DNA of 54,701 nucleotides from Patescibacteria group bacterium (lineage in GTDB: Bacteria; Patescibacteriota; Gracilibacteria; UBA1369; PNNO01): positions 1 to 54,701 of the forward strand of contig JBHPIO010000010.1 of assembly GCA_042568575.1 (NCBI GenBank). Direction: 5' to 3'. The position numbers were made by a program, and so were the translations under genes. Positions 29,118 through 39,248 of this stretch are shown one piece after another (positions within the stretch are counted from its first letter, which is position 1; each line of letters begins with the position of its first letter). The notes under the pieces are model-generated. The model made no database searches. It worked only from the letters and a program-made list of their open reading frames with translations, and was not told the DNA's origin.

Positions 29118-29675
29118 ATGAATAGATTCGCGATTGCTTTCGTGGCTCTTCTGCCCACTTTCACAAGTGGCTGCGACCTAGAACTGCGTGGCGGATCCGG
29201 AACGCTCGGCTTCATCAAGATGGACTTCATGTCCCATCGTAAGGCTGAGCTGGCTCTGAGAAATGTCATTTTCGCGCAAGAGGATATCTACATCCGCATG
29301 CCGAACAAGAGCGGACGCCGCATGGCGATGCTGCTGGCCGACTGGATGAAGACTTCGCCCCGCCCCAAGCCCTACCTCGACTCTCACGATCAGATCCAGA
29401 TCTTCTCGAAGATGAGGGAATGGGACGCGGAGCTAATCTACGCAGAGTGCTTCAGGGTGAAAGGCGCAACCAAGGAGTGGACGTTCTCACCCGTAGTTCC
29501 AATCACCATCAGTCCGCGCCGGATCAGCACGATCAGCGTTCACATGGAAGTGAACCTGCTATCCGGAGGTCAATCCATCATCTACAAGCCCCCCACCAAG
29601 GCACGGTGGTACAAGCCGTCAGCCTGGCGCCCGGTCGGTGGGAGCTCCAACAACGAAAGGAGGTATTGCGATTAG
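29118..29675 (+). CDS. GC-rich lipoprotein of unknown function
   Basis: Lipobox TSGC; SD GGAGGTG 29107-29113; promoter TTGACA(28988)-N17-CATAAT. Confidence 0.75.
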   Translation: MNRFAIAFVALLPTFTSGCDLELRGGSGTLGFIKMDFMSHRKAELALRNVIFAQEDIYIRMPNKSGRRMAMLLADWMKTSPRPKPYLDSHDQIQIFSKMREWDAELIYAECFRVKGATKEWTFSPVVPITISPRRISTISVHMEVNLLSGGQSIIYKPPTKARWYKPSAWRPVGGSSNNERRYCD

Positions 29676-29683
29676 TGGTTTTC

Positions 29684-29724
29684 AGACCGCAGCGCACATG
29701 TAACAATGTGCGTCTGCGGTCTTT
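29684..29724 (+). terminator. 3' hairpin/terminator
   Basis: agaccgcag-cgcacat...atgtgcg-ctgcggtct-tt. Confidence 0.7.
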
Positions 29725-29738
29725 CGGTATACGAAAAA

Positions 29739-32621
29739 TTATTCCAACGTAGCATCTTCTTTGTCGGCAAAAAGATACTCGTCGAAATCATCCATTTTGC
29801 CAAACTTTACTGCCATTCTAATTGCATCAATTGAAGTCACATTTATGTCTTTGATTGATCGAAGATATGAATCAAAGGCTTTTCTGTTTTCGAATGGTCT
29901 CTCTATACCAATTTTCACTTTTTTTATATATTGAAGTAATTCATCAGCCAATTTAACCATGTCCGCAGCAAATCCCTCATAACCAGTGAATCCTTCTCTA
30001 TCCGAAGATGGATCAACTATTTTGAAAGCATTTCCAAGTCTCTCCTCTCCAATCAAACCACGCAAAACTTCTAAGCCAAGCTTTCTGTATTTCAGCTTTG
30101 TTGGATCAGCTTCATCTGCATCTCTCAAAACTTGACTCTTTGGAGAATTTTGATAAGCCAGCCCTATGGACGACAATTTCATAACCTGATACACCCTTTC
30201 AACGTCTACCCCATCAATGTCAAACAGCAATAGTAATTTTCTTGCTATTTTTGCTTCTTCTGAACATTTCATTAAAGCCTCCTCGGAAATAACACTTTCT
30301 GCAATTCGTTCAGTCTGATTATACATATACTGAACACCTCTCTCTTTCTCCCAAACAGCTATCTCAGGACCCTTTTGATTTAACCTCATTCTCCAAATAT
30401 AGACCTGCATCGCACTTTCATAATACATCAATAGATACCTGAACTGCATTGCCTCCACTCCTGTAAAGGCATCGTCACTTCTAATTTCTACAGCATATTT
30501 GGGTTCATTTTTAAGAGGAACAACTGTGCGAAATTGATCTCCAAATCCATATAAGTTTTTCTCCCCCTCTTCGTCTGGATCAAACATGCAACCTGACAAA
30601 TAAGAAACGTGAGGAACCAATTCCTGTAATGATTGTAAGAATTCGACATCTAAAGTCGGAAGAAGGTCTTCATCTGATCCCAAAGCAGGCTTTCGCAAAG
30701 CATCCAAAAACTTCTTCTTCCATAGTCGCGTACGAAAACTTTTTGCAGCTCTTTTCGCAACTTCTTGAGGAGATTCCGCTCCTTTATCTTTGCGACCATA
30801 TTTCAAAACTGCGAGCTCATCATGCATTTCACTTAGTTCGCTACGCAGTGTGTGATCAACATCATCAAGTTCCTCTAAAATATTTAAAGCAATACAAATA
30901 TTTTGATGAGCTTCATCAAGTGCTGCATACTGCTCCTCCAATCGCTCCTCGTCGTCAAACACATAATCCCTCAAGACTTTTGCACGCTCAATACTTATAC
31001 GAGCTCTTATTGTATAAGCTTCAGCTAGATGGCGATAATAATTAAATGCCTGTTCTTGCATTGGTGGCACAGCATCGAGTACAGTTTCTTCAATAAATTT
31101 AAGTTTTATTAATGGCGCTCGTAAAGCCAACGGGTGCTTTTGAAAAGCAGGCATAATATCGTAAACCTTCTCTCCAACCATTGTCCGCAAACTTTCAAGA
31201 TTAGCTGCTTTGTCTGGATCCGAAGTATACTCGTGCATCAACCTTCTTGCCTTTAATAAAGCCATCTCCTTAACATTCCTGTGTGTTTCATTTCCTTCAG
31301 GGATATATTTCCCAGCTTCAGCATAGGCAACATCAAGAGCAGCATGCATTTTCACCGTTAACGCCCCTATCATTGAGCCTCCATTAATTTTGACTTTCAC
31401 AGGTGCCTGTACATATGTTGAAGCATCTTCCACTTCTTCTAACGTTGATTCAGGCATTCTCATCACTGTTTCCGCAGCACAAAAAAGTTTCTCATGATCA
31501 CTCGCCTCTTTCAGCTGAGCTCTAACATCTTTCGGATTGTACATACAGTCAAGAACATATTTTTGTGCAATCTTAGCAAGATTTAAATTAGCATTAAAAA
31601 GAACTTTTTTTGGCATCTGAGCTCCTCTCCTATGCAATTCTTCACACCACTCAACTATTGATCCGATCCGCTCTTTAGCTTTTTCATAATATTGCATATT
31701 CAAAAGAGCATCTGTTGCATACATTTCCACCAGCACTTCCATTGCATACAACACTGTGCCCCTCGCTACTTCATCTGAATGTGCATTCGGATAATTATTC
31801 TTAATAATCTTCCACAATTTATCTTCATTTTCAGAACTTAAAGCCACTTTGGTTTCACCTACATCATATTGCATATAAAGAGCCATTTTTGCTTCCATAA
31901 CATCGCCGGTTATTTCAAACCATGTTTCTGCATGCCGTTTATATTGAGGGATTTTCGATCTTTGAGCTTCTTCTTCATCAATCCCTTTAAGGTAAGCTAG
32001 CGTCATATCAGCCGTTGTATCCTTATACATACGTAAACATGCCTTTGCCTTTTCTACATGCTTAGTTGAATAAATATAGAAATCCTGAATTGCTTCAAAA
32101 TATTTTGATAACAATAAATAGAACATAGATATCGTTGCCCGCTGCGATTCAGAAAGATCCTCTATTGAAAATTTTTCAAGCAATTTACCAAGTTCGTCCA
32201 ACAATTCGTCTAATGAATCTAAGTCCGTAAATGTAAAACCCTCCTCAAAAAAACCCCTAATACTTCGAAAAGCAGGGTCATTGTCACCTAGCGAACAAAT
32301 CATATTTTCCAAAATAACACCAAATTCATGATATTCTCCCATAATTTCTCGAGGAGGCTCCTGCAAAATAGTTAAGCACTCTGTAACAGCGAAGTGCAAT
32401 GTAGCTTCCTTAAATAAAAATTCAAATTCATCAAATCCTTGTTCTCGTGCGGCTTTTATTATTCCTTGTGCTTCCCTAAACCTATCAAGAGCCACTTCAT
32501 GATCATTATTCTCCCTCGCTTTCTGCCCTTCATCATAAATTGCTTTAAAAGTTGCAAGCGCCACTTCATAATTTATAAATCGTAGGGATCTACTCTCTGC
32601 CTGTGGTGCTCCATCAACCAT
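29739..32621 (-). CDS. Large helical-repeat protein with a degenerate C-terminal HD-GYP-like domain
   Basis: TPR-like helices; C-terminal KLSSIGL, LGLEVL, GFTGY, ADMVKLADEL, ERPF. Confidence 0.7.
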   Translation of the reverse strand: MVDGAPQAESRSLRFINYEVALATFKAIYDEGQKARENNDHEVALDRFREAQGIIKAAREQGFDEFEFLFKEATLHFAVTECLTILQEPPREIMGEYHEFGVILENMICSLGDNDPAFRSIRGFFEEGFTFTDLDSLDELLDELGKLLEKFSIEDLSESQRATISMFYLLLSKYFEAIQDFYIYSTKHVEKAKACLRMYKDTTADMTLAYLKGIDEEEAQRSKIPQYKRHAETWFEITGDVMEAKMALYMQYDVGETKVALSSENEDKLWKIIKNNYPNAHSDEVARGTVLYAMEVLVEMYATDALLNMQYYEKAKERIGSIVEWCEELHRRGAQMPKKVLFNANLNLAKIAQKYVLDCMYNPKDVRAQLKEASDHEKLFCAAETVMRMPESTLEEVEDASTYVQAPVKVKINGGSMIGALTVKMHAALDVAYAEAGKYIPEGNETHRNVKEMALLKARRLMHEYTSDPDKAANLESLRTMVGEKVYDIMPAFQKHPLALRAPLIKLKFIEETVLDAVPPMQEQAFNYYRHLAEAYTIRARISIERAKVLRDYVFDDEERLEEQYAALDEAHQNICIALNILEELDDVDHTLRSELSEMHDELAVLKYGRKDKGAESPQEVAKRAAKSFRTRLWKKKFLDALRKPALGSDEDLLPTLDVEFLQSLQELVPHVSYLSGCMFDPDEEGEKNLYGFGDQFRTVVPLKNEPKYAVEIRSDDAFTGVEAMQFRYLLMYYESAMQVYIWRMRLNQKGPEIAVWEKERGVQYMYNQTERIAESVISEEALMKCSEEAKIARKLLLLFDIDGVDVERVYQVMKLSSIGLAYQNSPKSQVLRDADEADPTKLKYRKLGLEVLRGLIGEERLGNAFKIVDPSSDREGFTGYEGFAADMVKLADELLQYIKKVKIGIERPFENRKAFDSYLRSIKDINVTSIDAIRMAVKFGKMDDFDEYLFADKEDATLE

Positions 32622-32782
32622 ATAGTGGAAGTTTCTTTAGATGTGTCAATTTGTTAGTAACTGATATTCATTTTAATAGCAAGGTAACTTTCGCTCTTGG
32701 ATGTTGATAAATCCGTGGTAATTTAGTAGAATATCGTTACAAAAAGGGCTTTTTTGACGACCTTTTTATAATCATTATAAAG

Positions 32783-33394
32783 ATGCCAGGCGGATTTGCA
32801 AAAAATCGCTTAAACAAAGGTTTTCTGCTTGTTGAAGCATTGATTTCAATTACGATTTTGATTATGGTCAGCGTTACTGGTATTAGTTTGCTGATTCTTG
32901 GACAACAGGCAATTAACTTTAACGAACATAGTTTAGAGGCGAGTTTGCTTTCTCAAGAAGGCGTGTATTCCATACGTGGGCTTCGTGATACAAACTGGCT
33001 CCGCAATGGTTATGATAAAGCAACATGTTGGAAGATGATAAATAGTGACTGCACAAGTCCAATAACGACGACTTTTTATAGAATCGACGTTGCTCAAACA
33101 GGCGCACCAACGCTTACTGAAGGCAAAAAATTAGATATTTCAGACGGCATAAGTACAGATGACGAATACTATCAACTATATTATCAGGATCTCGATTCTG
33201 ACCTGGATGTGACCGAACGTTTTGTTGGACACGACAGCGGAGAGCTAACAAGTCCATTTTACCGAATGGTTGAAATAACTTCCTCAACTGCCGATCACGT
33301 TGAAGGAGTTGTTAGAGTTGCTTGGCTTGAATCTGGCAAAGCCAAGGAAATTTCTCTGCCATTCACACTTACTAATTACTTACTGGAAACTTAA
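32783..33394 (+). CDS. Type IV minor pilin (PilV-like)
   Basis: Prepilin motif KG/FLLVEALI. Confidence 0.85.
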   Translation: MPGGFAKNRLNKGFLLVEALISITILIMVSVTGISLLILGQQAINFNEHSLEASLLSQEGVYSIRGLRDTNWLRNGYDKATCWKMINSDCTSPITTTFYRIDVAQTGAPTLTEGKKLDISDGISTDDEYYQLYYQDLDSDLDVTERFVGHDSGELTSPFYRMVEITSSTADHVEGVVRVAWLESGKAKEISLPFTLTNYLLET

Positions 33395-33408
33395 CGCCTA
33401 TACATCGC

Positions 33409-33999
33409 ATGCCAAAGAAAGCACAAAAGAAGAAAGTGAAAAAACCTGCTGCAAAGCGGAAAACTCGCATGTCTCGACTAGACAAAAAGATGTGGCGGGT
33501 AGGCATTTGGATAACCGTCGCGGTCGCGATAATAATTTTTGCTGTGTTTATGTTTATTTTAAGAAGTACGATAAGAGACATAAGCAAAGATCCTTCGCTA
33601 ACTTCGATTTCAAGTAATTCGGCTTTTAATGTTGTCATGTTAATCAACAAAAATAAGAATATATTTGCGGAGAACAAAGATGATTGTTGGAACCAAAAAC
33701 ACACATACGCCTCATGTAATGAATCAAACAAGCTTGTAGAAGGAAAGTATGCGCTACGAGGAAGCGAAGACAGGAAGTGGCTGGAAGGTCCTTATGATGA
33801 GAAAATCGAAAGCATGTCATTTGAAATTCCGCATCATAATGTAAGAGAAGCCTTGGGTGGATTTATGAAAACTGAAATGAAATATTATCAAACAATCAAC
33901 ATTTCTTATCCGGATGATGAAGAAAAAATGAATGTTGAAATATTGACCATGAACGACAAAGGCGACAAACACTCAGAAACAATTACCATTAAAAAATAA
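33409..33999 (+). CDS. Single-TM pilin-cluster protein
   Basis: Basic N-terminus plus TM, within the pilin operon. Confidence 0.6.
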   Translation: MPKKAQKKKVKKPAAKRKTRMSRLDKKMWRVGIWITVAVAIIIFAVFMFILRSTIRDISKDPSLTSISSNSAFNVVMLINKNKNIFAENKDDCWNQKHTYASCNESNKLVEGKYALRGSEDRKWLEGPYDEKIESMSFEIPHHNVREALGGFMKTEMKYYQTINISYPDDEEKMNVEILTMNDKGDKHSETITIKK

Positions 34000-35030
34000 T
34001 GAAAAAAGCCGCTACAAATAAAGGATTTACCTTCGTGGAGCTACTAATAGCTCTGGCAATTTTCGCGACTTTCTTAACAGGAATCGTCACCTTGATGGTT
34101 GATTTATACAGAACTTCAAAACGAATAACTTTGGAAGAACAGGTGTATCAAGACATGCGCGCGATCATGAATCATGTCGTGAATTATGTTGGGGACAACG
34201 CAATCGATTATGAAGAATATTATCGTGATGCGATTGGTGGTGAGTTTTTAGCGAAAGGAACAACGTACACATACGGCGACTACTCTAAGTTATTTTATGA
34301 TTTTGGGAGCGATGGAGTTCCCGGTGCACAATGTAATGCAGCCCCGTTTGATCCGGCGTTAAACCCAGGTTGCGTAATAAACAAAACAACTTTAGACACA
34401 AACAGAGGACAGCATCCGTTCGATGATGATCCGCTGAAAGGGAATGCTTTCTGCGGCCCATCAACAGGAGGCTGCGGAGCTGATTTGAGTGTTTATAACA
34501 AACAAGACAATTTGTTCTTAATAAATGAGGCCGGCGACAAGAAAACAGTGCTTGCACTTGAGACAGTTGAGAAGACAATAGACAGTAATACCTTCGACGA
34601 AAAAACGTTATCATTAGTGTGGCTATATGGCAGCGATACCGACAGGAATGATGTAATAGACGAGTGGACAGTTGGTCCAGAATTTATTGGAACCGGCGGT
34701 GCACCTATAACTGATGCAGGCTTAATTGCTGACATAGATCCAGGCGACAAAAATCCGCCATCTGAAATTTACGAAAATTTCATTCCGGTAAGTCCGTTGA
34801 GGACGAATATTGTCGACTTAAAATTCTACGTAACTCCTCTAGAGGATCCTTATAAGGCCTTCGCGGAGACAGCCTCAGCAACAGAAACTTTGATTCAACC
34901 ACACGTAACAGTGGTATTAACCGTTGAACCATCAGTAACCGAGACACAAAGTTACCTCGGCCCAATCCCGCGAAAAACTCTGCAAACCACCATTTATTCT
35001 GGAGTTAAGCAGGAGGTTGTAAGCTACTAA
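33999..35030 (+). CDS. Type IV minor pilin (PilW-like)
   Basis: KG/FTFVELLIAL. Confidence 0.88.
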   Translation: MKKAATNKGFTFVELLIALAIFATFLTGIVTLMVDLYRTSKRITLEEQVYQDMRAIMNHVVNYVGDNAIDYEEYYRDAIGGEFLAKGTTYTYGDYSKLFYDFGSDGVPGAQCNAAPFDPALNPGCVINKTTLDTNRGQHPFDDDPLKGNAFCGPSTGGCGADLSVYNKQDNLFLINEAGDKKTVLALETVEKTIDSNTFDEKTLSLVWLYGSDTDRNDVIDEWTVGPEFIGTGGAPITDAGLIADIDPGDKNPPSEIYENFIPVSPLRTNIVDLKFYVTPLEDPYKAFAETASATETLIQPHVTVVLTVEPSVTETQSYLGPIPRKTLQTTIYSGVKQEVVSY

Positions 35031-35042
35031 TTCACTTGATAT

Positions 35043-36308
35043 ATGCACGGAAAGCGAACTACAAATAGATCTATGTTGAAGCGACCCCGTGTCGATCGTT
35101 ACCGGACAAATCGCGGAATGTCGCTGGTAATAGCAATGGTCATCGTGCCAATATTGCTCGCAATCGCGGTATCTTTTGTAGATCCGATTATTCGATCTTA
35201 TAGAGCTGCGGCAGCTGATCAGAAAACTAATTTAGCTAAAGCGGTGGCGGACAGCATGTTCGAAGAGGCGTTATGGCAAACACGAGATGCCGGAACAGGC
35301 GAGACAACAGACGCAGAATTTAAAAAAGAATATGACTTTGGAAAAGCCTACGGGAAATGGTGGGTTTTCGGAACGCCGGAGACAGATACTGCACATTTGA
35401 TAAGCGGGAAATATACTATTCCAGGTCCAGGAAGCGGTGATGCCGGAGGCGATTATTGCTCTACGAGGGAGCCTGTAGTTAGTTCGAAAATGTTGGAAGC
35501 TGCGCAAGTTGCACTTGGTATCGATGTTCCTGACCACCCATTAGCCGGCGAAACCGACGTTTTTGAATGGCAATGCCACTGGAACAAAATCCGAGAAGGC
35601 GAAAGCGTGAGCATTCCGTTGTATGTGGAGGATGGCTCTACTGTGTTGAATCCGGTCGATTTGGGCTTAACGTCGTTTACGTTAAATATTAGAGCTGCGT
35701 GCGATCCTGCGATTTCTGGAAATGGGAGGACGGATCAATATACGAGCGAGCTTTGTAGTTATGATGAGAGGCAGGGGGTTTATGTTGAGGATGATCAGGG
35801 GCTCGAAGATACATTTGCGCCGATAGTTTTGTGGGAGATTACCGGAACAATGAATGAAGGGACTGCTGGAGAGGATAATTTTTATTTGGGGCCACACAGA
35901 ATAGGTTTCTTTTTGAATTCAAATATAACTACGCCAACTATTAATGGCTACTATAGTTCACCAATTTTGACTGAGAATTCGCCCACAAAAGATCAAGATG
36001 AGCTGGATGACTCTATTTGGAAATATTTACAAAATGACAATACAAAAAACAACTCTGAGTTTAAGACCGTTCATAAGCCAGTATTAACATTTATGGTCAT
36101 ACATACATTAAGAGATTCTACCGGAAGCCAAATTCCATATCTTGAATATCAGTTTAGTGCACCTGCACCAACGGGTGGTTTACCAACCGTTTCGAGTACA
36201 TCAAAGGTGGTTCGAGTGGATGTTATGGTTGATGGAGGATACAGTGAAACATTAGAGAAGAGTATTGCCTTGCCTAAGGCAAGTACGGGATTTGTGATAC
36301 AACAGTAA
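35043..36308 (+). CDS. PilX-like minor pilin
   Basis: RG/MSLVIAMVIV, lacking Glu5 as is typical of PilX/GspK. Confidence 0.7.
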   Translation: MHGKRTTNRSMLKRPRVDRYRTNRGMSLVIAMVIVPILLAIAVSFVDPIIRSYRAAAADQKTNLAKAVADSMFEEALWQTRDAGTGETTDAEFKKEYDFGKAYGKWWVFGTPETDTAHLISGKYTIPGPGSGDAGGDYCSTREPVVSSKMLEAAQVALGIDVPDHPLAGETDVFEWQCHWNKIREGESVSIPLYVEDGSTVLNPVDLGLTSFTLNIRAACDPAISGNGRTDQYTSELCSYDERQGVYVEDDQGLEDTFAPIVLWEITGTMNEGTAGEDNFYLGPHRIGFFLNSNITTPTINGYYSSPILTENSPTKDQDELDDSIWKYLQNDNTKNNSEFKTVHKPVLTFMVIHTLRDSTGSQIPYLEYQFSAPAPTGGLPTVSSTSKVVRVDVMVDGGYSETLEKSIALPKASTGFVIQQ

Positions 36309-36569
36309 TGTTGTTGACAATTTAGGGTTTTTATAGTATAATTAGCTCCTTTTACAATTCAAGTCTTTTTTGTCGTCAATTGGTATAAATTGCAGGTAAG
36401 GAAAGGCTTGAATTGTCAACTAGTGCTCATTGACATGTTGGCAACACTTTAGTTTCTCCATTGGAAGCCGTCCCTTCCGATGAGAAACAGCTTTTTTACA
36501 TACGAAACCGAACTCGAAAACACGCCTCGCAGACAGCGAGGCGCACGGATACAAAACAAGAGGTGACTC

Positions 36570-39020
36570 ATGAAACGGATCAGCATTAGCCTTCTGGCTA
36601 CGATCGCTTTCTTGCTCTGCAGCAATACTGCTCAGAGTGCAATCAATGAATGTTCTTCGAAGCTTTGCCCCGTTGTTTACAAGAACAGCGGGCACGTCGT
36701 GTTCTACGATCTGTCTGATGCAGAGAAAGGCTCTGTGCCGTTCGCAAATGGCGATGAAGCCTATGTTTGTGCCAAAGACGGACTCGTGGTGGTCAATGAA
36801 AACTTGACCGATACCGCCCTGCTGTACAAGGTAGCAAACGGTACTTTCCAAATCGCTGCCATCGGCGCCGACAGCTCTAATACTACGGTTTTCAATGGAC
36901 ATGCGTGGATCGGTGGATGGACCAGCTATATTTACAAAGCAAATCCTGACACCGGTGCTGTAAATCAGATCACCATAGGCGGCGCCTTCGGCCCCTGGAG
37001 CATCGCTTCCAACGACAATTTCGCGTTCACTATGAACGCAGCTGTGGCCTCCATCACCGAGATTGACGTCACAGACACGCTGGATGGCCCTTACGCCATG
37101 ACGGGCTACCTGCCAGCGGATCAATTCGAAGGACTCATCTGGGACGAGGACGATCAGGTCCTCTACGCGACCATCGCAAACAATGTCGCGAAAATCACCC
37201 CGGGGTCCCCGAACTACACCGTGACGGACTACTTGGCCAGCGACCTGGCCGAGAAACCCACGCTGATCACCTCCGACGCAACCCACATCGTGGTGGAAGC
37301 GGTTAATAACATCTACATTATCCCTAAGGGGGCTACTCCAGTAGCACTTGGAAACGTTATAACCAGACCGGTGAGCAGCGTTCGCGACGTGGCCATTTGC
37401 GGCAACTACGTGTACGCAGCTTCGGGTGCTGGCGTCGAAAAGTTCAACAAGTCCGGTACCTCGCTCGGCATGCTCACCACGGACAACTCGTGGGGCATCG
37501 CCTGCGTGAAGCCCACGTGTGGCAACAACGTCGTGGACATCGGCGAGCAGTGTGACTTCGGTGACACGACTCCCGGTGACGGATGTGACGCTGCCTGTCA
37601 GATCGAGACCGGCCCGGTGTGCGGCAACAGTGCCGTGGAGACTGGTGAGGACTGCGACGATGGTCCCGCCAACTCGAACACCACCCCGGACGCCTGCCGC
37701 GAAGACTGCTCCAACCCCGGCTGTGGTGACGACGTCACCGACTCCGGCGAGCAGTGCGACGACGGCACGTCCAACTCGGATACCCAACCCGACGCCTGTC
37801 GTACCGACTGCAGCGACCCCATCTGTGGGGACGCAGTCATCGACACGGGTGAAGAGTGTGACGGCATCAACTTGGGCACCGCAACTTGCGTGAGCCTGGG
37901 GTATGCAAGTGGCACTCTGAGCTGCAACAGCTGCGGCTTCAATACCTCACAATGTGTCCCCCCGGTCACTTGTGGAAACGGCGTCCCGGACCCCGGGGAA
38001 GAGTGCGACAACGGCGCGGCCAACTCGAATACCGAGCCCGATGCCTGCCGCACCAACTGCACCAACCCAACCTGTGGCGACAACGTCACCGACACGGGTG
38101 AGCAGTGTGACGACAACAATCTCGTAGCAGGAGACGGCTGCGACGAGAACTGTAACATCGAATCCCTTGACTGCGGAAACGATGAGATAGATACGGATGA
38201 GGACTGCGACGGTTCCAACCTCGACGGCCAGACTTGCGTCGGCCTCGGGTTCACCGGCGGAGACCTCACCTGCGCAAACCACTGCCGCTTCGATACAAGC
38301 GCCTGTACCGAAGCCCCGGTTTGCGATCCGGATGGAAGAGTGAAGATCCTGGATGAGCTTCCCACAGATTTCACTTTCGACCAGTATTCTCAGCTGAAGC
38401 ACGAGGGAGCGGTTTCACAATACCCCAATACCGAGTGCACTCTGAGTTGTGTGGAGATCGCGGGAAAAGTCGGCGTTCGAGTCGAAACGAGCAGCCGCTG
38501 CATTTTCCGCGTCGACAATATCCACAACCAAACAGGCTGGGCTGTCCTGGAGCTCTGGCAGATCGAAGAGGGTGTGCCCGCTGTGTGGATCATTGATCCG
38601 TACAACACCGAGAACTGGACTCCCTACAGTGGGGCATGGGTCTTCGACCACGAAGGCGAACCCATCTCGTTTAGTTTTGGCCAAGCAGCGTTGCTGCATG
38701 GCGGCACTTTGGGAACCGCCCCGTACGGCGAAATTACCAATGTGGGAACTGAGGACGAAAAAATGATCATCGTCATGATAGAATCGGCGATGTGGTTCGC
38801 CTATGGCGACAAAGAGATCATTCTTTCGGCCGACGGCAACAACCAGGGTGTGTTCTACACGAATCGCCCCCTGGACTCCCCCGTCTGGAACACAGGCGGA
38901 GGTGGAGGCAAGGGCTGCCTCGAGAATATGGGTTGTTCTGCCGGTGGGAACTCGGGCGGCTTGCCGCTCGCGTTCATGTTCATCATCATCACTTTCCTCT
39001 GGCGCAAAAGGGGGAAGTAA
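36570..39020 (+). CDS. GC-rich surface protein: beta-propeller-like region, myxococcal Cys-rich (DUF4215-type) repeats and MYXO-CTERM-like tail
   Basis: Signal peptide; about seven CG(N/D)....GE.CDDG-type repeats; GGGGGKGC...GCSAGG-TM-RKRGK; SD GAGGTGA; promoter TTGACA(36314)-N17-TATAAT. Confidence 0.88.
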   Translation: MKRISISLLATIAFLLCSNTAQSAINECSSKLCPVVYKNSGHVVFYDLSDAEKGSVPFANGDEAYVCAKDGLVVVNENLTDTALLYKVANGTFQIAAIGADSSNTTVFNGHAWIGGWTSYIYKANPDTGAVNQITIGGAFGPWSIASNDNFAFTMNAAVASITEIDVTDTLDGPYAMTGYLPADQFEGLIWDEDDQVLYATIANNVAKITPGSPNYTVTDYLASDLAEKPTLITSDATHIVVEAVNNIYIIPKGATPVALGNVITRPVSSVRDVAICGNYVYAASGAGVEKFNKSGTSLGMLTTDNSWGIACVKPTCGNNVVDIGEQCDFGDTTPGDGCDAACQIETGPVCGNSAVETGEDCDDGPANSNTTPDACREDCSNPGCGDDVTDSGEQCDDGTSNSDTQPDACRTDCSDPICGDAVIDTGEECDGINLGTATCVSLGYASGTLSCNSCGFNTSQCVPPVTCGNGVPDPGEECDNGAANSNTEPDACRTNCTNPTCGDNVTDTGEQCDDNNLVAGDGCDENCNIESLDCGNDEIDTDEDCDGSNLDGQTCVGLGFTGGDLTCANHCRFDTSACTEAPVCDPDGRVKILDELPTDFTFDQYSQLKHEGAVSQYPNTECTLSCVEIAGKVGVRVETSSRCIFRVDNIHNQTGWAVLELWQIEEGVPAVWIIDPYNTENWTPYSGAWVFDHEGEPISFSFGQAALLHGGTLGTAPYGEITNVGTEDEKMIIVMIESAMWFAYGDKEIILSADGNNQGVFYTNRPLDSPVWNTGGGGGKGCLENMGCSAGGNSGGLPLAFMFIIITFLWRKRGK

Positions 39021-39145
39021 ATATACTGCTGGATCTGTTATCGGCTACTCACTTGAAGAAAGGAGTATCTGACGTAGCCAATCCTTATCCATAAAGCAGC
39101 GTGTCCGTAGTGATTGAGAATTCATTTCATTACGGAACACTCCTC

Positions 39146-39192
39146 AAACCCGACTTGAAGTTCTTTTATTAGAATGGACGGTCGGGTTTTTT
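39146..39192 (+). terminator. Intrinsic terminator
   Basis: aaacccgac...gtcgggttttt. Confidence 0.65.
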
Positions 39193-39248
39193 GGTATGCA
39201 AAAAAGGGCATTTTATGCTAAAATATAAGGAAAACCATAGCGAAAAAC

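Noticed and set aside
36420-38699. Long antisense and alternate-frame ORFs (455, 258, 151 aa and others) over the Cys-rich gene
   Set aside because: Expected shadows of G/C-rich codons; only 36570-39020 has promoter, SD, signal peptide and coherent domains.
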